Below are positions 1-8,652 of a stretch of DNA of 46,023 nt, in pieces (position 1 is the stretch's first letter; each line of letters starts with the position of its first letter). The DNA is from Gemmatimonadaceae bacterium (lineage in GTDB: Bacteria; Gemmatimonadota; Gemmatimonadetes; Gemmatimonadales; Gemmatimonadaceae). The stretch spans positions 1 through 46,023 of the forward strand of contig JBGAJQ010000043.1 in NCBI GenBank assembly GCA_044224875.1, given 5' to 3'. The translations under genes were made by a program, and so were the position numbers. Below the pieces are notes generated by a model. The model had not been told where the DNA came from, did no database searches, and saw only the letters and a program-made list of their open reading frames with translations.

Positions 1-12
1 CACAATCAGGTT

Positions 13-1317
13 GTGAGGATCGACGGGATGCCGCGTGACGGTTTGCTGTTGTTCGATCGAGTGGATGCTCCGCCAGGGAGCCATGCGCGGTCCGCGGCCA
101 CACGCATCCGCGACAACAGCAGGGTTCTCTTCGTCAGCAATGGCCGGGGCGAGGACGAGATCGCTTGCCGCGTGGCCGCACGACTCCGCATGCGCGCGGA
201 TGCCTCCCTATCTATTGAAGGGTGGCCCATGGTCGGTGATGGCGACGCGTACCAGGCCGCAGCGATTGCCTTCAATCGCACGCGAAGTCTGCTCCCTGGC
301 GAGGGCTTCGGCACTCTCAGCCTTGGGAGTTTTGTCCGGGATCTTCGTGCCGGGTGGCTTCGCGTACACGCGCAACAGATCAGGGAAGCCGCGCGGTTGC
401 GCGAGCGGTTCGATCTCATCGTTGCCGTGGGCGACATCGTGCCGCTCGCGGTGGCAACGATCGCGCGGACGCCATTCATCTCGATAGGCTGCGCGAAGTC
501 GGTGTACTACGGACCTCGGTTCGGATTCAATACCGTCGAACGGTGGATGTTGAAGCACGGGGAAGCGGTGTGCTTCACGCGCGATGCTCGCACTGGCCGC
601 ATGCTTCGCAAGGCCGGTGTCCGCGCGCGCTATGTTGGCAACCCGGTCATGGACCATCTGGAGCCGACCGGCCAACCGATCCCATGGCGCGATGGTGAAT
701 CCGTCGTCGCATGTTTCCCTGGGAGTCGTGGTGACCGCGAGCACAACGCCGTGTCGATCCTGCGTCTTGTCGCCCTGGGTGCGAATATTTGGGAACGACA
801 TGGAGCGGTGCACCTGGCGTTCGCCGTTCCGCGGGTGTTTGAGCTGGAACGCTTTCAGGCCGCAATTGCGCAAGATCTCCGCGCGCGCGCCTGGCAGACG
901 CTTGCCTCCGGCACGTCCTCGCTCCTCCTCGGATTGGGTCGCCTGCGAGCCTCGTTCTCGTACGCAGCACTCGGCGATGTCCTGCACAAGGCGCGAGTGG
1001 CCATCGGGCTCGGCGGCACGGTCAACGAACAGGCGATCGGATGCGGGGTTCCGTGCGTGACCTTTGCGACATCGGGACCGCAGGGGCGAGCGTACCTGCG
1101 CATGAAGATGCCCTACTTCGGTGACGCGGCGCTGGAGGTAGCTCCTGAAGCCACGCCGCTCGCGAACGCCGTCCTTCGCATCCTGACTGACGATGTCCTG
1201 CACGCACGAATGCGGCGCGCAGGAGCCGAACGAATGGGCATTCCAGGTGCAACCGATGCGATCGTCGACAGCATCCTGCGGAAGCTCGCAGGAGCTGAGG
1301 AGGTCGACACCCGGTGA
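13..1317 (+). CDS. Lipid-A-disaccharide synthase (LpxB)-related GT-B protein, TIGR03492-like
   Basis: N-terminal VLFVSNGRGEDEIA, VAVGDIVP, YVGNPVMD, FPGSR, GLGGTVNEQAIGCGVP and GAERMGIPGA motifs match my recollection of the TIGR03492 family. The frame is open to the window edge, so the true start is uncertain. Confidence 0.8.
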   Translation: MRIDGMPRDGLLLFDRVDAPPGSHARSAATRIRDNSRVLFVSNGRGEDEIACRVAARLRMRADASLSIEGWPMVGDGDAYQAAAIAFNRTRSLLPGEGFGTLSLGSFVRDLRAGWLRVHAQQIREAARLRERFDLIVAVGDIVPLAVATIARTPFISIGCAKSVYYGPRFGFNTVERWMLKHGEAVCFTRDARTGRMLRKAGVRARYVGNPVMDHLEPTGQPIPWRDGESVVACFPGSRGDREHNAVSILRLVALGANIWERHGAVHLAFAVPRVFELERFQAAIAQDLRARAWQTLASGTSSLLLGLGRLRASFSYAALGDVLHKARVAIGLGGTVNEQAIGCGVPCVTFATSGPQGRAYLRMKMPYFGDAALEVAPEATPLANAVLRILTDDVLHARMRRAGAERMGIPGATDAIVDSILRKLAGAEEVDTR

Positions 1318-2027
1318 CGAGTGGACGCTTCCTGATTGAGCTGCATGACGTGAGCATTGCGCAGCGTGATGCGTGCGAGCGCATGCTACAGCTGGTGCCA
1401 CGGCACTTGCTGGGAGATGCCGCCGTTCTGGTTGTCCCGGCATGGTATGGCCACGTCGGCCACGCCCGTGACGCCGCGCGATGGCTGGCGCGTTGGCCGG
1501 CGACACGCGTCCTGCATGGACTACGTCACACGCGAGGACCTTCGCTAGTGAACGCACTCTGGTACGGAACAGAGGACGAGAGCGAGTGCGCCGACTACGA
1601 TCCGCAGGACGCAGCGTTGCACCTGGAGCGTGCCTGCACCGCGTTCTCAGACATCTTTGGGACTCCGCCGCATTGGTACTGCGCCCCACGGTGGCAGAGC
1701 AGCGCCCCGCTGCGCCGGGCCTTGCGATACCGGGGATTGGCCGCCTTGGAACGTGACACCGTGACGCTTTCGACTGGGCGGATCCTTCGGGCACCGACCA
1801 TTTGGTTCGATGATGGGCGTCGCTCGCTCCCTTCGTTGGTTGGCAAGCTGCAGCGCCGACTCCGAACGCACGACGTCTACGCCGAGTCCGGGATCATGAG
1901 GGTGGCCCTGCACCCGCGTGATGCCGTCGATCCCTCGCGCGCTCGAGACGTTCGATCCCTCCTCAGTCGACTGGAAGCCGGCGACTGGACGCCAATCTCC
2001 CTGTCTCAGTTGGAGTCGGCCGCGTGA
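1314..2027 (+). CDS. DUF2334-type polysaccharide deacetylase family protein
   Basis: IELHDVS, VLHGLRH (metal-binding), APRW and RVALHPRD motifs. GTGA overlap with the upstream stop. Confidence 0.75.
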   Translation: MTSGRFLIELHDVSIAQRDACERMLQLVPRHLLGDAAVLVVPAWYGHVGHARDAARWLARWPATRVLHGLRHTRGPSLVNALWYGTEDESECADYDPQDAALHLERACTAFSDIFGTPPHWYCAPRWQSSAPLRRALRYRGLAALERDTVTLSTGRILRAPTIWFDDGRRSLPSLVGKLQRRLRTHDVYAESGIMRVALHPRDAVDPSRARDVRSLLSRLEAGDWTPISLSQLESAA

Positions 2028-3058
2028 GCACGGGGTTAGGAGTTTCGTTTGTCGTCACGGCGCATGACGCGGGCCCTACGCTCGCCCGCACCATCGCCGC
2101 GCTGTTGTCTCAGGAACTTGATCTGGCGTTCGAGATCGTGATCGTCGATGACCGCTCCTCGGACGACACGTACGCTCTGGCCAGCCACCTGGCCGAGCAC
2201 GATGGCCGTCTACGCATCCTGCGCGTGTCGAGCCTGCCGGAGGGCGTCACATCGCGTCAGGCGGCGCTCGATCTGGCCGTTGGCGCTTCAACCGGACGGT
2301 TAGTGTTGATCGTGGACGCTGATGCCGTACCGCCTCCGCAGTGGGCCAAGCGGATGGTGGAGGCGTTGGCGTCCGCCGACCTCGTTGCCTCCTCGTTGGT
2401 GTTCGTGCCGGCCGAGAACCCTCGTGGTGGTTGGCTTGCGGCACTACAGACGGTGGACGCGGCCCACTACCTGGGAGTCTGCGAACTGTTAGGCATGGCG
2501 CGTCAGGCAAGTGGGGTGTGCTTTGGTGCAGCGGGGTTTCGCCGCTCGCTGTACGACGCGGTCGGCGGGTTCAGTGGTCTGGGGCTTTCGTTGGTCGAAG
2601 ACCTGGCGTTCGCCCGCGCCGCACAGCGGGCGGGCGCTCGAGTCCGCGTCCTGTGGGGAAGTCCCGTCGCCGTGCATGGTGTGGGCAGCCTTGGCGCCCT
2701 TGTTCAGCGAGCACGTCGCGTCAGCACCACAGGTGGCTCATCGCTGTTGGCCACCGCGTTAGGTTTGTGGGGCCTTTCGCTCATCGGCCTGGCCATCGCG
2801 GCCGTCGCGGGGGTTCTGCCTGCTGCGTGGGTCGCCGCCAGGTACGGCGCCGGCCTGCTGTGGACTGGGACGCAAACCGTCCGAGCCGGGTCGTGGCGTT
2901 CCCTGCCCCTCGTACCGGTCTATGAAGCGGCAGCGATTGCGGTGGCGTTGGTGGTGCTTTGTACTCCGTCGCGCTCGCGATGGGTGCAATGGGGTGGCGT
3001 GGAGTACGTACGGCAGCGTGGGAGCTGGATGCGCGCGGAATCGTTCCCCGTACGATGA
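2024..3058 (+). CDS. Membrane-bound GT2 glycosyltransferase (lipid-acceptor type, CrtQ/HpnI-like architecture)
   Basis: VDDRSSD, IVDAD, EDL and a QxxR-like motif, C-terminal TM helices and terminal WGGVEY. GTGA overlap. Confidence 0.8.
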   Translation: MSTGLGVSFVVTAHDAGPTLARTIAALLSQELDLAFEIVIVDDRSSDDTYALASHLAEHDGRLRILRVSSLPEGVTSRQAALDLAVGASTGRLVLIVDADAVPPPQWAKRMVEALASADLVASSLVFVPAENPRGGWLAALQTVDAAHYLGVCELLGMARQASGVCFGAAGFRRSLYDAVGGFSGLGLSLVEDLAFARAAQRAGARVRVLWGSPVAVHGVGSLGALVQRARRVSTTGGSSLLATALGLWGLSLIGLAIAAVAGVLPAAWVAARYGAGLLWTGTQTVRAGSWRSLPLVPVYEAAAIAVALVVLCTPSRSRWVQWGGVEYVRQRGSWMRAESFPVR

Positions 3059-3816
3059 CGACGTTTGCGCCAGCGCTCGAGACCACGCTCCGTGCGTACA
3101 CACCGGCAGATCGCCCGGCGGTGCGCCGCATCGCGTGCCTTACCGCCTTTCGCAATCGCGGCCATGCGGCGGTGCTGCCGGACGCCGACCTCTTTGCTGA
3201 CTACTGGACGCGCTACTACACGGACTTCGAACCTGAGCGGCTCATCATTGCGGAGCTCACGCACGACTCTCGGACCGACGTTGTCGGGTACCTGACCGGG
3301 TGCGGCGACACGCAACGGTATGTGCGCGTCATGGCTCGCGAGGTCATGCCGTCGGTGCTGCGACGCCTCGCTCGGCATGCCGTGAAGTTCGCGTCAGGCG
3401 ACGGGCATCGCGCCCGCACGTTGTTGCGCTGGATGTGCACGCGGGCGTGGCGCGAGGCGCCACGTGTGGATATCCACCGCTTTCCTGCTCACTACCACGC
3501 CAACCTGCTTCACCACGGAGCGGGCTACCATCTCTATACGCGCATGGCCGTTGCCTTCATTGACCAGCTCGAACAGTTCGGCGTCACGTCCTTGCATGGA
3601 CAGGTGACGGAATGGCGTGACCGCGGCGCGTGGGATCGCATGGTGCAGCGTTTCATGACTCGTGGCGCATCGACTGTTGCCACAACGTCGGCTCCGTCCA
3701 CCATGCAGCGCGACCTCTTCGGTGAGCCCCGCGCCATGGTAAATCGTTCGATCAGCGCCAACACCCGCGACTTCCGGGACCTGCTGGTTTGGGCACGCGA
3801 TCACTACGGCTTATGA
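3055..3816 (+). CDS. GNAT-family acyltransferase
   Basis: LRAYTPADR...YTDFEPE...VVGYLTG...FPAHYHANLL pattern. Start set at ATG 3055 (ATGA overlap with the GT2 stop) rather than 2959. Confidence 0.65.
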   Translation: MTTFAPALETTLRAYTPADRPAVRRIACLTAFRNRGHAAVLPDADLFADYWTRYYTDFEPERLIIAELTHDSRTDVVGYLTGCGDTQRYVRVMAREVMPSVLRRLARHAVKFASGDGHRARTLLRWMCTRAWREAPRVDIHRFPAHYHANLLHHGAGYHLYTRMAVAFIDQLEQFGVTSLHGQVTEWRDRGAWDRMVQRFMTRGASTVATTSAPSTMQRDLFGEPRAMVNRSISANTRDFRDLLVWARDHYGL

Positions 3817-5075
3817 CGGCGACGCCTCCGATTCCCATCCCGTTCGCCCACGCTGAGCCGTTGTCGGTGGCGGGGCCGCCGTTGCATATCCTGGTGACGA
3901 TCAACGGCCCCGGTGAGGTGGCGGCGTGGCTCTTCCCGTTCATCCACGAGCTCCGGCAACGTCGCCCCGATGCCGAGGTAACGGTCGCTCTGCTGCCTTG
4001 CGTGTTCGCATCCGGCCGGGAGGCCGACGTGCTCGGTGGAATGGCCGGTGTCGACCGCGTGGTGAGCCCCGAGGAATCGATGCCATGGATCATGCGTGGC
4101 CGGGCACCGTTGCATGTTCCTTCGCCAGATCTCGTTATGCACCTGGGTGGCGAGCTGCTGCTGAGTGTGCGACTGGCGCGGAGGTTGAACAAACCCTTGC
4201 TCGTGTATGAGGAAGGCCACCCACGATGGTCGTCGTTGGTCTCCATGACCTGCCTGCGCGACGATCATCCCGCGGCGCACCGCGAACCTCGTCGCGTGCG
4301 CGTCGTCGGGAACCTGATGGTCGACGCGGCGCGCCTGCGCGTGCCCACCCGCGTCGTTCCATTGCACGGTTCCGAAACGATCGCCCTCTTCCCTGGCAGC
4401 CGGTCCTACTTCGTCAAGCAGCTGATACCGTTGCTCCTGCGCGTGGCATCGCTGGCACAGCCTGTGCGCCCGGGTGTGCGTTGGGTGCTCGCCAAGTCAG
4501 ACTTCATCGACCTCGCCACACTGGGCGATTGCCTGAAGTCTCGCGACGACCGGCTGGTTGGAGGTGACGATGGCGCCCTGCGGAGCGATGGACGCCGAAC
4601 ATGGATTCAATCGACGGGCGGGGTTCGCGTCGACGTGCTATCTCCAGCGGACGCCATGCGACGCGCCAGCGTGGCCGTCACCATTCCTGGTACCAACACC
4701 GCCGAGTTGGCCGCGCTAGGCGTTCCGATGCTTCTGATACTACCCGCCTATCGGCTACATGCACTTCCACTGCCCGGTCTGGCCGGGCACCTGGGGAGCG
4801 TCCCGATCATTGGCCCCCTGATCAAGGAAGGCGTCGCTCGTTCCTACCTCGCGTTGCGCCGCTATTGGGCACACCCCAATCGGCTGGCGGGGCGAATGGT
4901 GGTGCCAGAGCTCATTGGACGGATCACCGCTCGCGATGTCGCCGATCGACTGCACGCATTGCTCGCTTCGCCGTTGTTGGAGACGTCGGCCACCTTGCAG
5001 CACGTGATGGGGCGTCCAGGCGCAGCAGCGCGACTCGTCGACGAGGCCCTGACGTTGGCAGGAGCGCGACGATAG
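3813..5075 (+). CDS. Second LpxB-like GT-B protein (NGPGE family)
   Basis: ILVTINGPGEVAAW, PCVFASGRE, VVGNLMVD, LFPGSR, PGTNTAELAALGVPM and HPNRLAGRMVVPELIG. ATGA overlap at 3813. Confidence 0.8.
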   Translation: MTATPPIPIPFAHAEPLSVAGPPLHILVTINGPGEVAAWLFPFIHELRQRRPDAEVTVALLPCVFASGREADVLGGMAGVDRVVSPEESMPWIMRGRAPLHVPSPDLVMHLGGELLLSVRLARRLNKPLLVYEEGHPRWSSLVSMTCLRDDHPAAHREPRRVRVVGNLMVDAARLRVPTRVVPLHGSETIALFPGSRSYFVKQLIPLLLRVASLAQPVRPGVRWVLAKSDFIDLATLGDCLKSRDDRLVGGDDGALRSDGRRTWIQSTGGVRVDVLSPADAMRRASVAVTIPGTNTAELAALGVPMLLILPAYRLHALPLPGLAGHLGSVPIIGPLIKEGVARSYLALRRYWAHPNRLAGRMVVPELIGRITARDVADRLHALLASPLLETSATLQHVMGRPGAAARLVDEALTLAGARR

Positions 5076-6784
5076 TGAGTCGATCGCAGCGGTTCGTTCG
5101 GTCGTTTGCCGCGGCCCACCTTCGTATCATCTTCGTCGCCGCTGCGGGAATGGTGGCGGTCGTTGGTGCGATGTGCGTACTCGCCTGGTGGGCGGGACAG
5201 GTCGCGCACGATGCCGCGTCGGGCGCCAGCATCGGAGACCTGACGAAACGTCTGGCCATCGGCATCGTCCTCATGGCGCTGTTAAGTGCGGCGGCTGCCG
5301 GTCGTGACCTCGCCCTTACGCGCCTCAGCGGAGGATTTTCGGCAGCGATGCGCGCCAGGATGCTGCGTGCGCTCATCCGCCAACCGGTGGCGGCCATTCG
5401 CGAGCAGTCCGCAGGGGAAGCGGTGACGCGCCTGGGGAGCGACATCACCCTGTTGCATCAGGCGCTGCTGCGAGTCCTCGCCATCTGGTTCCCGAGCGTG
5501 GTGACCACGGTGGTCCTGCTTGGCGCGATTATCGTGACCTCACCATTCCTCGCCATCGTCACCGCCCTGTTGGTCCTGCCGGTGTTGTTCGTGACGGCGC
5601 GTTCCAGCCTGCGCCTGCAACATGCCGTGCGCGATTCCCAGGAACGCGTCGCCAAGCTCGGCGCGCTGATCGCCGACGCGATGGCCGGCGTGCGGGAAGC
5701 GAAGGTATTCCGACGCGAATTGGCGATCGAGGAACGGTCGCGAGCAATGTCGGACGCCATCTTTGCACACACACTGCGCGAGGAAGAACTCGCGTTGACG
5801 CTGCCCTCCCTTGTGACGTTCGCGGCATTCGTTGGAGCGTGCGGTCTGGTGCTGGCGGCAACGTGGCAGTTCCAGCTCGGGGCAATGGACGGCGCTGCCC
5901 TCACGAGGTTCCTCGTGTTGCTGGCGATGTTGGCTGGCCCGCTCCAGGAGTCAGCGAGATCGTCGGCGGCCGTGACGCGCGTTCGCACGTTGATGCAGCG
6001 ATGTCAGGAAATGCTCGACGCCCCGCAGGAGCTGGCCGATGCCCAGGACGCGGGGACCTCGATTCGATCTGGTGGTGTGCGCTTCGAGCATGCCCGCGTC
6101 GACTATCCCGGCACGGGGTTCTCGCTCGGTCCTATTGACCTGAACGTTGAACCGGGAGAGACGGTGGCCCTTGTCGGTCCAAGCGGCGCCGGCAAGTCGA
6201 CGCTGCTGGAGCTGGTCCCGCAGCTGGTGGCGCCTGACTCGGGGCGTCTTTGCTTCGAGAGCGGACTTGGCACGCCCACGTTGAGCGACGTCCGAGCTGT
6301 CTGCGCGTACGTCCCACAGGAGCCGTACTTCTTTGAAGGGACCGTGCGGGAAAACCTGCTCTTTGCTTCTCCGATGGCATCGCCGGAGGCGATCGCTCGT
6401 GCATGCGCGGCTGCGCACGTGGATGAGTTCCTCCAGCGCTTGCCAGAGGGATTCGACGCGCGAGTGAGCCGAGGTGCGTTGAACCTGTCGGTTGGGCAGC
6501 GACAACGACTTGCCGTGGCGCGCGCCATGCTAGTGGATCCTCTGATCCTTCTGCTTGATGAGCCGACGTCTTCCCTGGACGCCGAATCCGAGCATCTCCT
6601 AGTCGACGCCCTTCGCCAATTCTGTCAGGATCGCACAACGATTCTCGTCACCCATCGTCCAATGCTGTTGGCACTCGCGCATCGCGTGGTCACGCTCAGG
6701 GGCGGGCGCATCGAGTCCGTGGTGACGGGTCAACGCAAACCCGCTTCCACCGCCAGGGTTGAGCGCGAGTTGGTGCTGCACTGA
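5075..6784 (+). CDS. MsbA-like ABC exporter (fused TMD + NBD)
   Basis: Hydrophobic N-terminal half, Walker A GPSGAGKST, signature LSVGQRQR, Walker B LLLDE and H-loop VTHR. Start set at GTG 5075, overlapping the upstream TAG by 1 nt. Confidence 0.9.
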   Translation: MSRSQRFVRSFAAAHLRIIFVAAAGMVAVVGAMCVLAWWAGQVAHDAASGASIGDLTKRLAIGIVLMALLSAAAAGRDLALTRLSGGFSAAMRARMLRALIRQPVAAIREQSAGEAVTRLGSDITLLHQALLRVLAIWFPSVVTTVVLLGAIIVTSPFLAIVTALLVLPVLFVTARSSLRLQHAVRDSQERVAKLGALIADAMAGVREAKVFRRELAIEERSRAMSDAIFAHTLREEELALTLPSLVTFAAFVGACGLVLAATWQFQLGAMDGAALTRFLVLLAMLAGPLQESARSSAAVTRVRTLMQRCQEMLDAPQELADAQDAGTSIRSGGVRFEHARVDYPGTGFSLGPIDLNVEPGETVALVGPSGAGKSTLLELVPQLVAPDSGRLCFESGLGTPTLSDVRAVCAYVPQEPYFFEGTVRENLLFASPMASPEAIARACAAAHVDEFLQRLPEGFDARVSRGALNLSVGQRQRLAVARAMLVDPLILLLDEPTSSLDAESEHLLVDALRQFCQDRTTILVTHRPMLLALAHRVVTLRGGRIESVVTGQRKPASTARVERELVLH

Positions 6785-6785
6785 C

Positions 6786-7715
6786 ATGCGAGCCACCGTG
6801 ATCATCCCCACGCGGAACCGGTCGGCACTGCTTCAGCAGACTGCGGCACGCCTCTGCCGACAGACGGTGCCGCCGGACGAGTATGAGATCGTGATTGTTG
6901 ACGATGCGTCTGATGAGCCAGGCCTGGCTTCCCAGCTGTCGTCGCTCCGGACTGCTGATGGGCCGCACATCGAACTCGTCGAACGAGCAGCGCGCGGCTG
7001 GGCGGCCGTGGCACGGAACGACGCGATCGCCTGCGCGCGCGGCGACATCCTGGTCTTCGTCGACGACGACGCGTTCGTTGGGCCACATTTTCTGGAAAGA
7101 CACCTTCGCCTGCATGACGCGCAGCGACCGGCCATCGTAGCCGGACCGATCGTCCAGGTGCGAAGCGTTCCTGAAGTCGTCAAGGAGTCGACGCGACTAG
7201 CGGGCTATCATCGGCACCCGTTACCCGGAGGGAACGGGTCCGCGCCGACGTGGGCCGTGCGGCAGGTCGGTGGATATGACGCGGCCTTTCGCGCCTATGG
7301 GTGGCACGACCAGGAGCTGGCGGAACGCCTGCTGGCATTGGGACTGACCCGCCGCTACGCGTGGGGTGCCCCAATCTATCACTACAAGCCCGCCAGCTAC
7401 GACACCGACCTCCGCGCCCAGATCGCGCGCGAACGGGAGCGTGGGCGCATGGGAGCGCGCTTCTATCACAAGCACCGGCGATTCACCGTGGGTGTCACCA
7501 CCAAGGTCTCCCCCGCCATGCGGGGTGCCGTCAGTGCGCTGGCACGTGTCACGAAGACCGCGCAGTTGTGCGAGCAGCTCGAACGCGGTGCGCGCGACGG
7601 CGCGACCGTCGCCTCGTGGCGTGCGGCGGTCTTGCGAGCCTGGGTGGAATCGACGGCGGGGGGCATCGAACTGGCACGCCTTACGTCTGGCCTCTTCGAG
7701 GAACGCTGGAGATGA
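6786..7715 (+). CDS. GT2 family glycosyltransferase
   Basis: VIIPTRNR, VDDASD, ARNDAI, FVDDD and YGWHD motifs. ATG lies 1 nt after the ABC gene stop. Confidence 0.85.
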   Translation: MRATVIIPTRNRSALLQQTAARLCRQTVPPDEYEIVIVDDASDEPGLASQLSSLRTADGPHIELVERAARGWAAVARNDAIACARGDILVFVDDDAFVGPHFLERHLRLHDAQRPAIVAGPIVQVRSVPEVVKESTRLAGYHRHPLPGGNGSAPTWAVRQVGGYDAAFRAYGWHDQELAERLLALGLTRRYAWGAPIYHYKPASYDTDLRAQIARERERGRMGARFYHKHRRFTVGVTTKVSPAMRGAVSALARVTKTAQLCEQLERGARDGATVASWRAAVLRAWVESTAGGIELARLTSGLFEERWR

Positions 7716-8652
7716 TCGACCGCGCGTCTGGATACCGCGCCGCCGAACCGGGCTTCACGGCAAGGCTGGCCGTACGATAGTCGAAGTACGCCCGGGTCAG
7801 GCAATACCGGTCCCACGGACTTAGACGAATGCGCAGGACTCTGGTGAGCAACTCGACGCGTCGCGTGGAAAGCCCCACGGCTGCGGTTCGCCTCAATCCC
7901 GCGCGCTCGAGGAACAGGTCCAGAAGCTCGCGCGCGCTGAGCGCCGGCGCACCGGCCACAACCTCGTCCGTCTCCAGGCCGCCTTCGCCCTCGAGCGCGT
8001 CGCACGCCATACGAGCCAGGTCGGCAGCGTGCACCAGGTGAAAGCGACCGTCGGGAGAGATCCACTGCGCCAGCCACACACGCCGGTCGACCTCGTGAAT
8101 GAGACGGGCCGCGTGTGACATTGGCCGGTCGGCTGCGCCACCAACGACGACGGTGGGGTGCAGAAGGGTCAGTCCCGTCGGCATCAGCTCCAACAGTCGG
8201 CGGCGGCACTCTGCCTTGGACGCGATGTACGCCGACCCGATTCGCTCGGCTTCGGCGAGAGGCGTGCCGCTCTCGTCGAGCAGGGAGGCCGTGCCAAACC
8301 ACACCACGCGCCGGACGCCGCGCTCGCGCAGCGACTTTGCCAGTCCAAGCGTCCCCTTCGAATTCACGGCGTACGCGCCGGACTCGGAGCCCCAGGCCGC
8401 CGCCAATAAGATCGCCCCGCTAATCTCCCCCACACCCGACAGCAGTGAACTTCCCGCCTCCATGTCTCCCGCAATCACGCGCACCTGCGATAGCCGCGCG
8501 ATCTGCTCGGGGAGTCTGCGGGGATCCCTCGCGACGATGAGCACCCGTGCCGCGCCGCGCGTCAGCAGCTCGTCGATGACGTAGCGCCCGATGGCACCGG
8601 TACCACCGGTCACCAACCACGTGGGCACCCCGTTCGTCGCCACGGCGGCCAC
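7681..8652 (-). CDS. NAD-dependent epimerase/dehydratase (extended SDR)
   Basis: TGGTGAIG Rossmann motif, YIASK catalytic YxxxK and HLVHAADLA. GTG abuts the upstream TAG. Confidence 0.85.
   Translation of the reverse strand: MAAVATNGVPTWLVTGGTGAIGRYVIDELLTRGAARVLIVARDPRRLPEQIARLSQVRVIAGDMEAGSSLLSGVGEISGAILLAAAWGSESGAYAVNSKGTLGLAKSLRERGVRRVVWFGTASLLDESGTPLAEAERIGSAYIASKAECRRRLLELMPTGLTLLHPTVVVGGAADRPMSHAARLIHEVDRRVWLAQWISPDGRFHLVHAADLARMACDALEGEGGLETDEVVAGAPALSARELLDLFLERAGLRRTAAVGLSTRRVELLTRVLRIRLSPWDRYCLTRAYFDYRTASLAVKPGSAARYPDARSIISSVPRRGQT

Noticed and set aside
208..1794. 528-aa antisense ORF (also 21036-22202, 32309-33478, 33485-34660, 34944-35963, 45078-46007)
   Set aside because: These are shadow frames opposite well-supported genes, with Arg/Pro/His-rich composition and no motifs, as expected in high-GC DNA.
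4601..5074. Long N-terminal extensions in the ORF track (ABC from 4601, GT4 from 16940, AsnB from 18673, protease from 31775, HslU from 40644)
   Set aside because: They overlap upstream genes or intergenic DNA. Coupled or motif-defined downstream starts fit better, e.g. AsnB needs Cys at position 2.
13..5075. Calling either gene canonical lpxB
   Set aside because: They lack the canonical AGExSGD and DxPDFN motifs and the lpxA/lpxD context, so they are kept as LpxB-like.
6389..7030. Cyanobacterial HIP1 octamer GCGATCGC as evidence of recent transfer
   Set aside because: It occurs here but also at about 22431, 24209, 29072 and 35052, so there is no visible enrichment in the candidate island.
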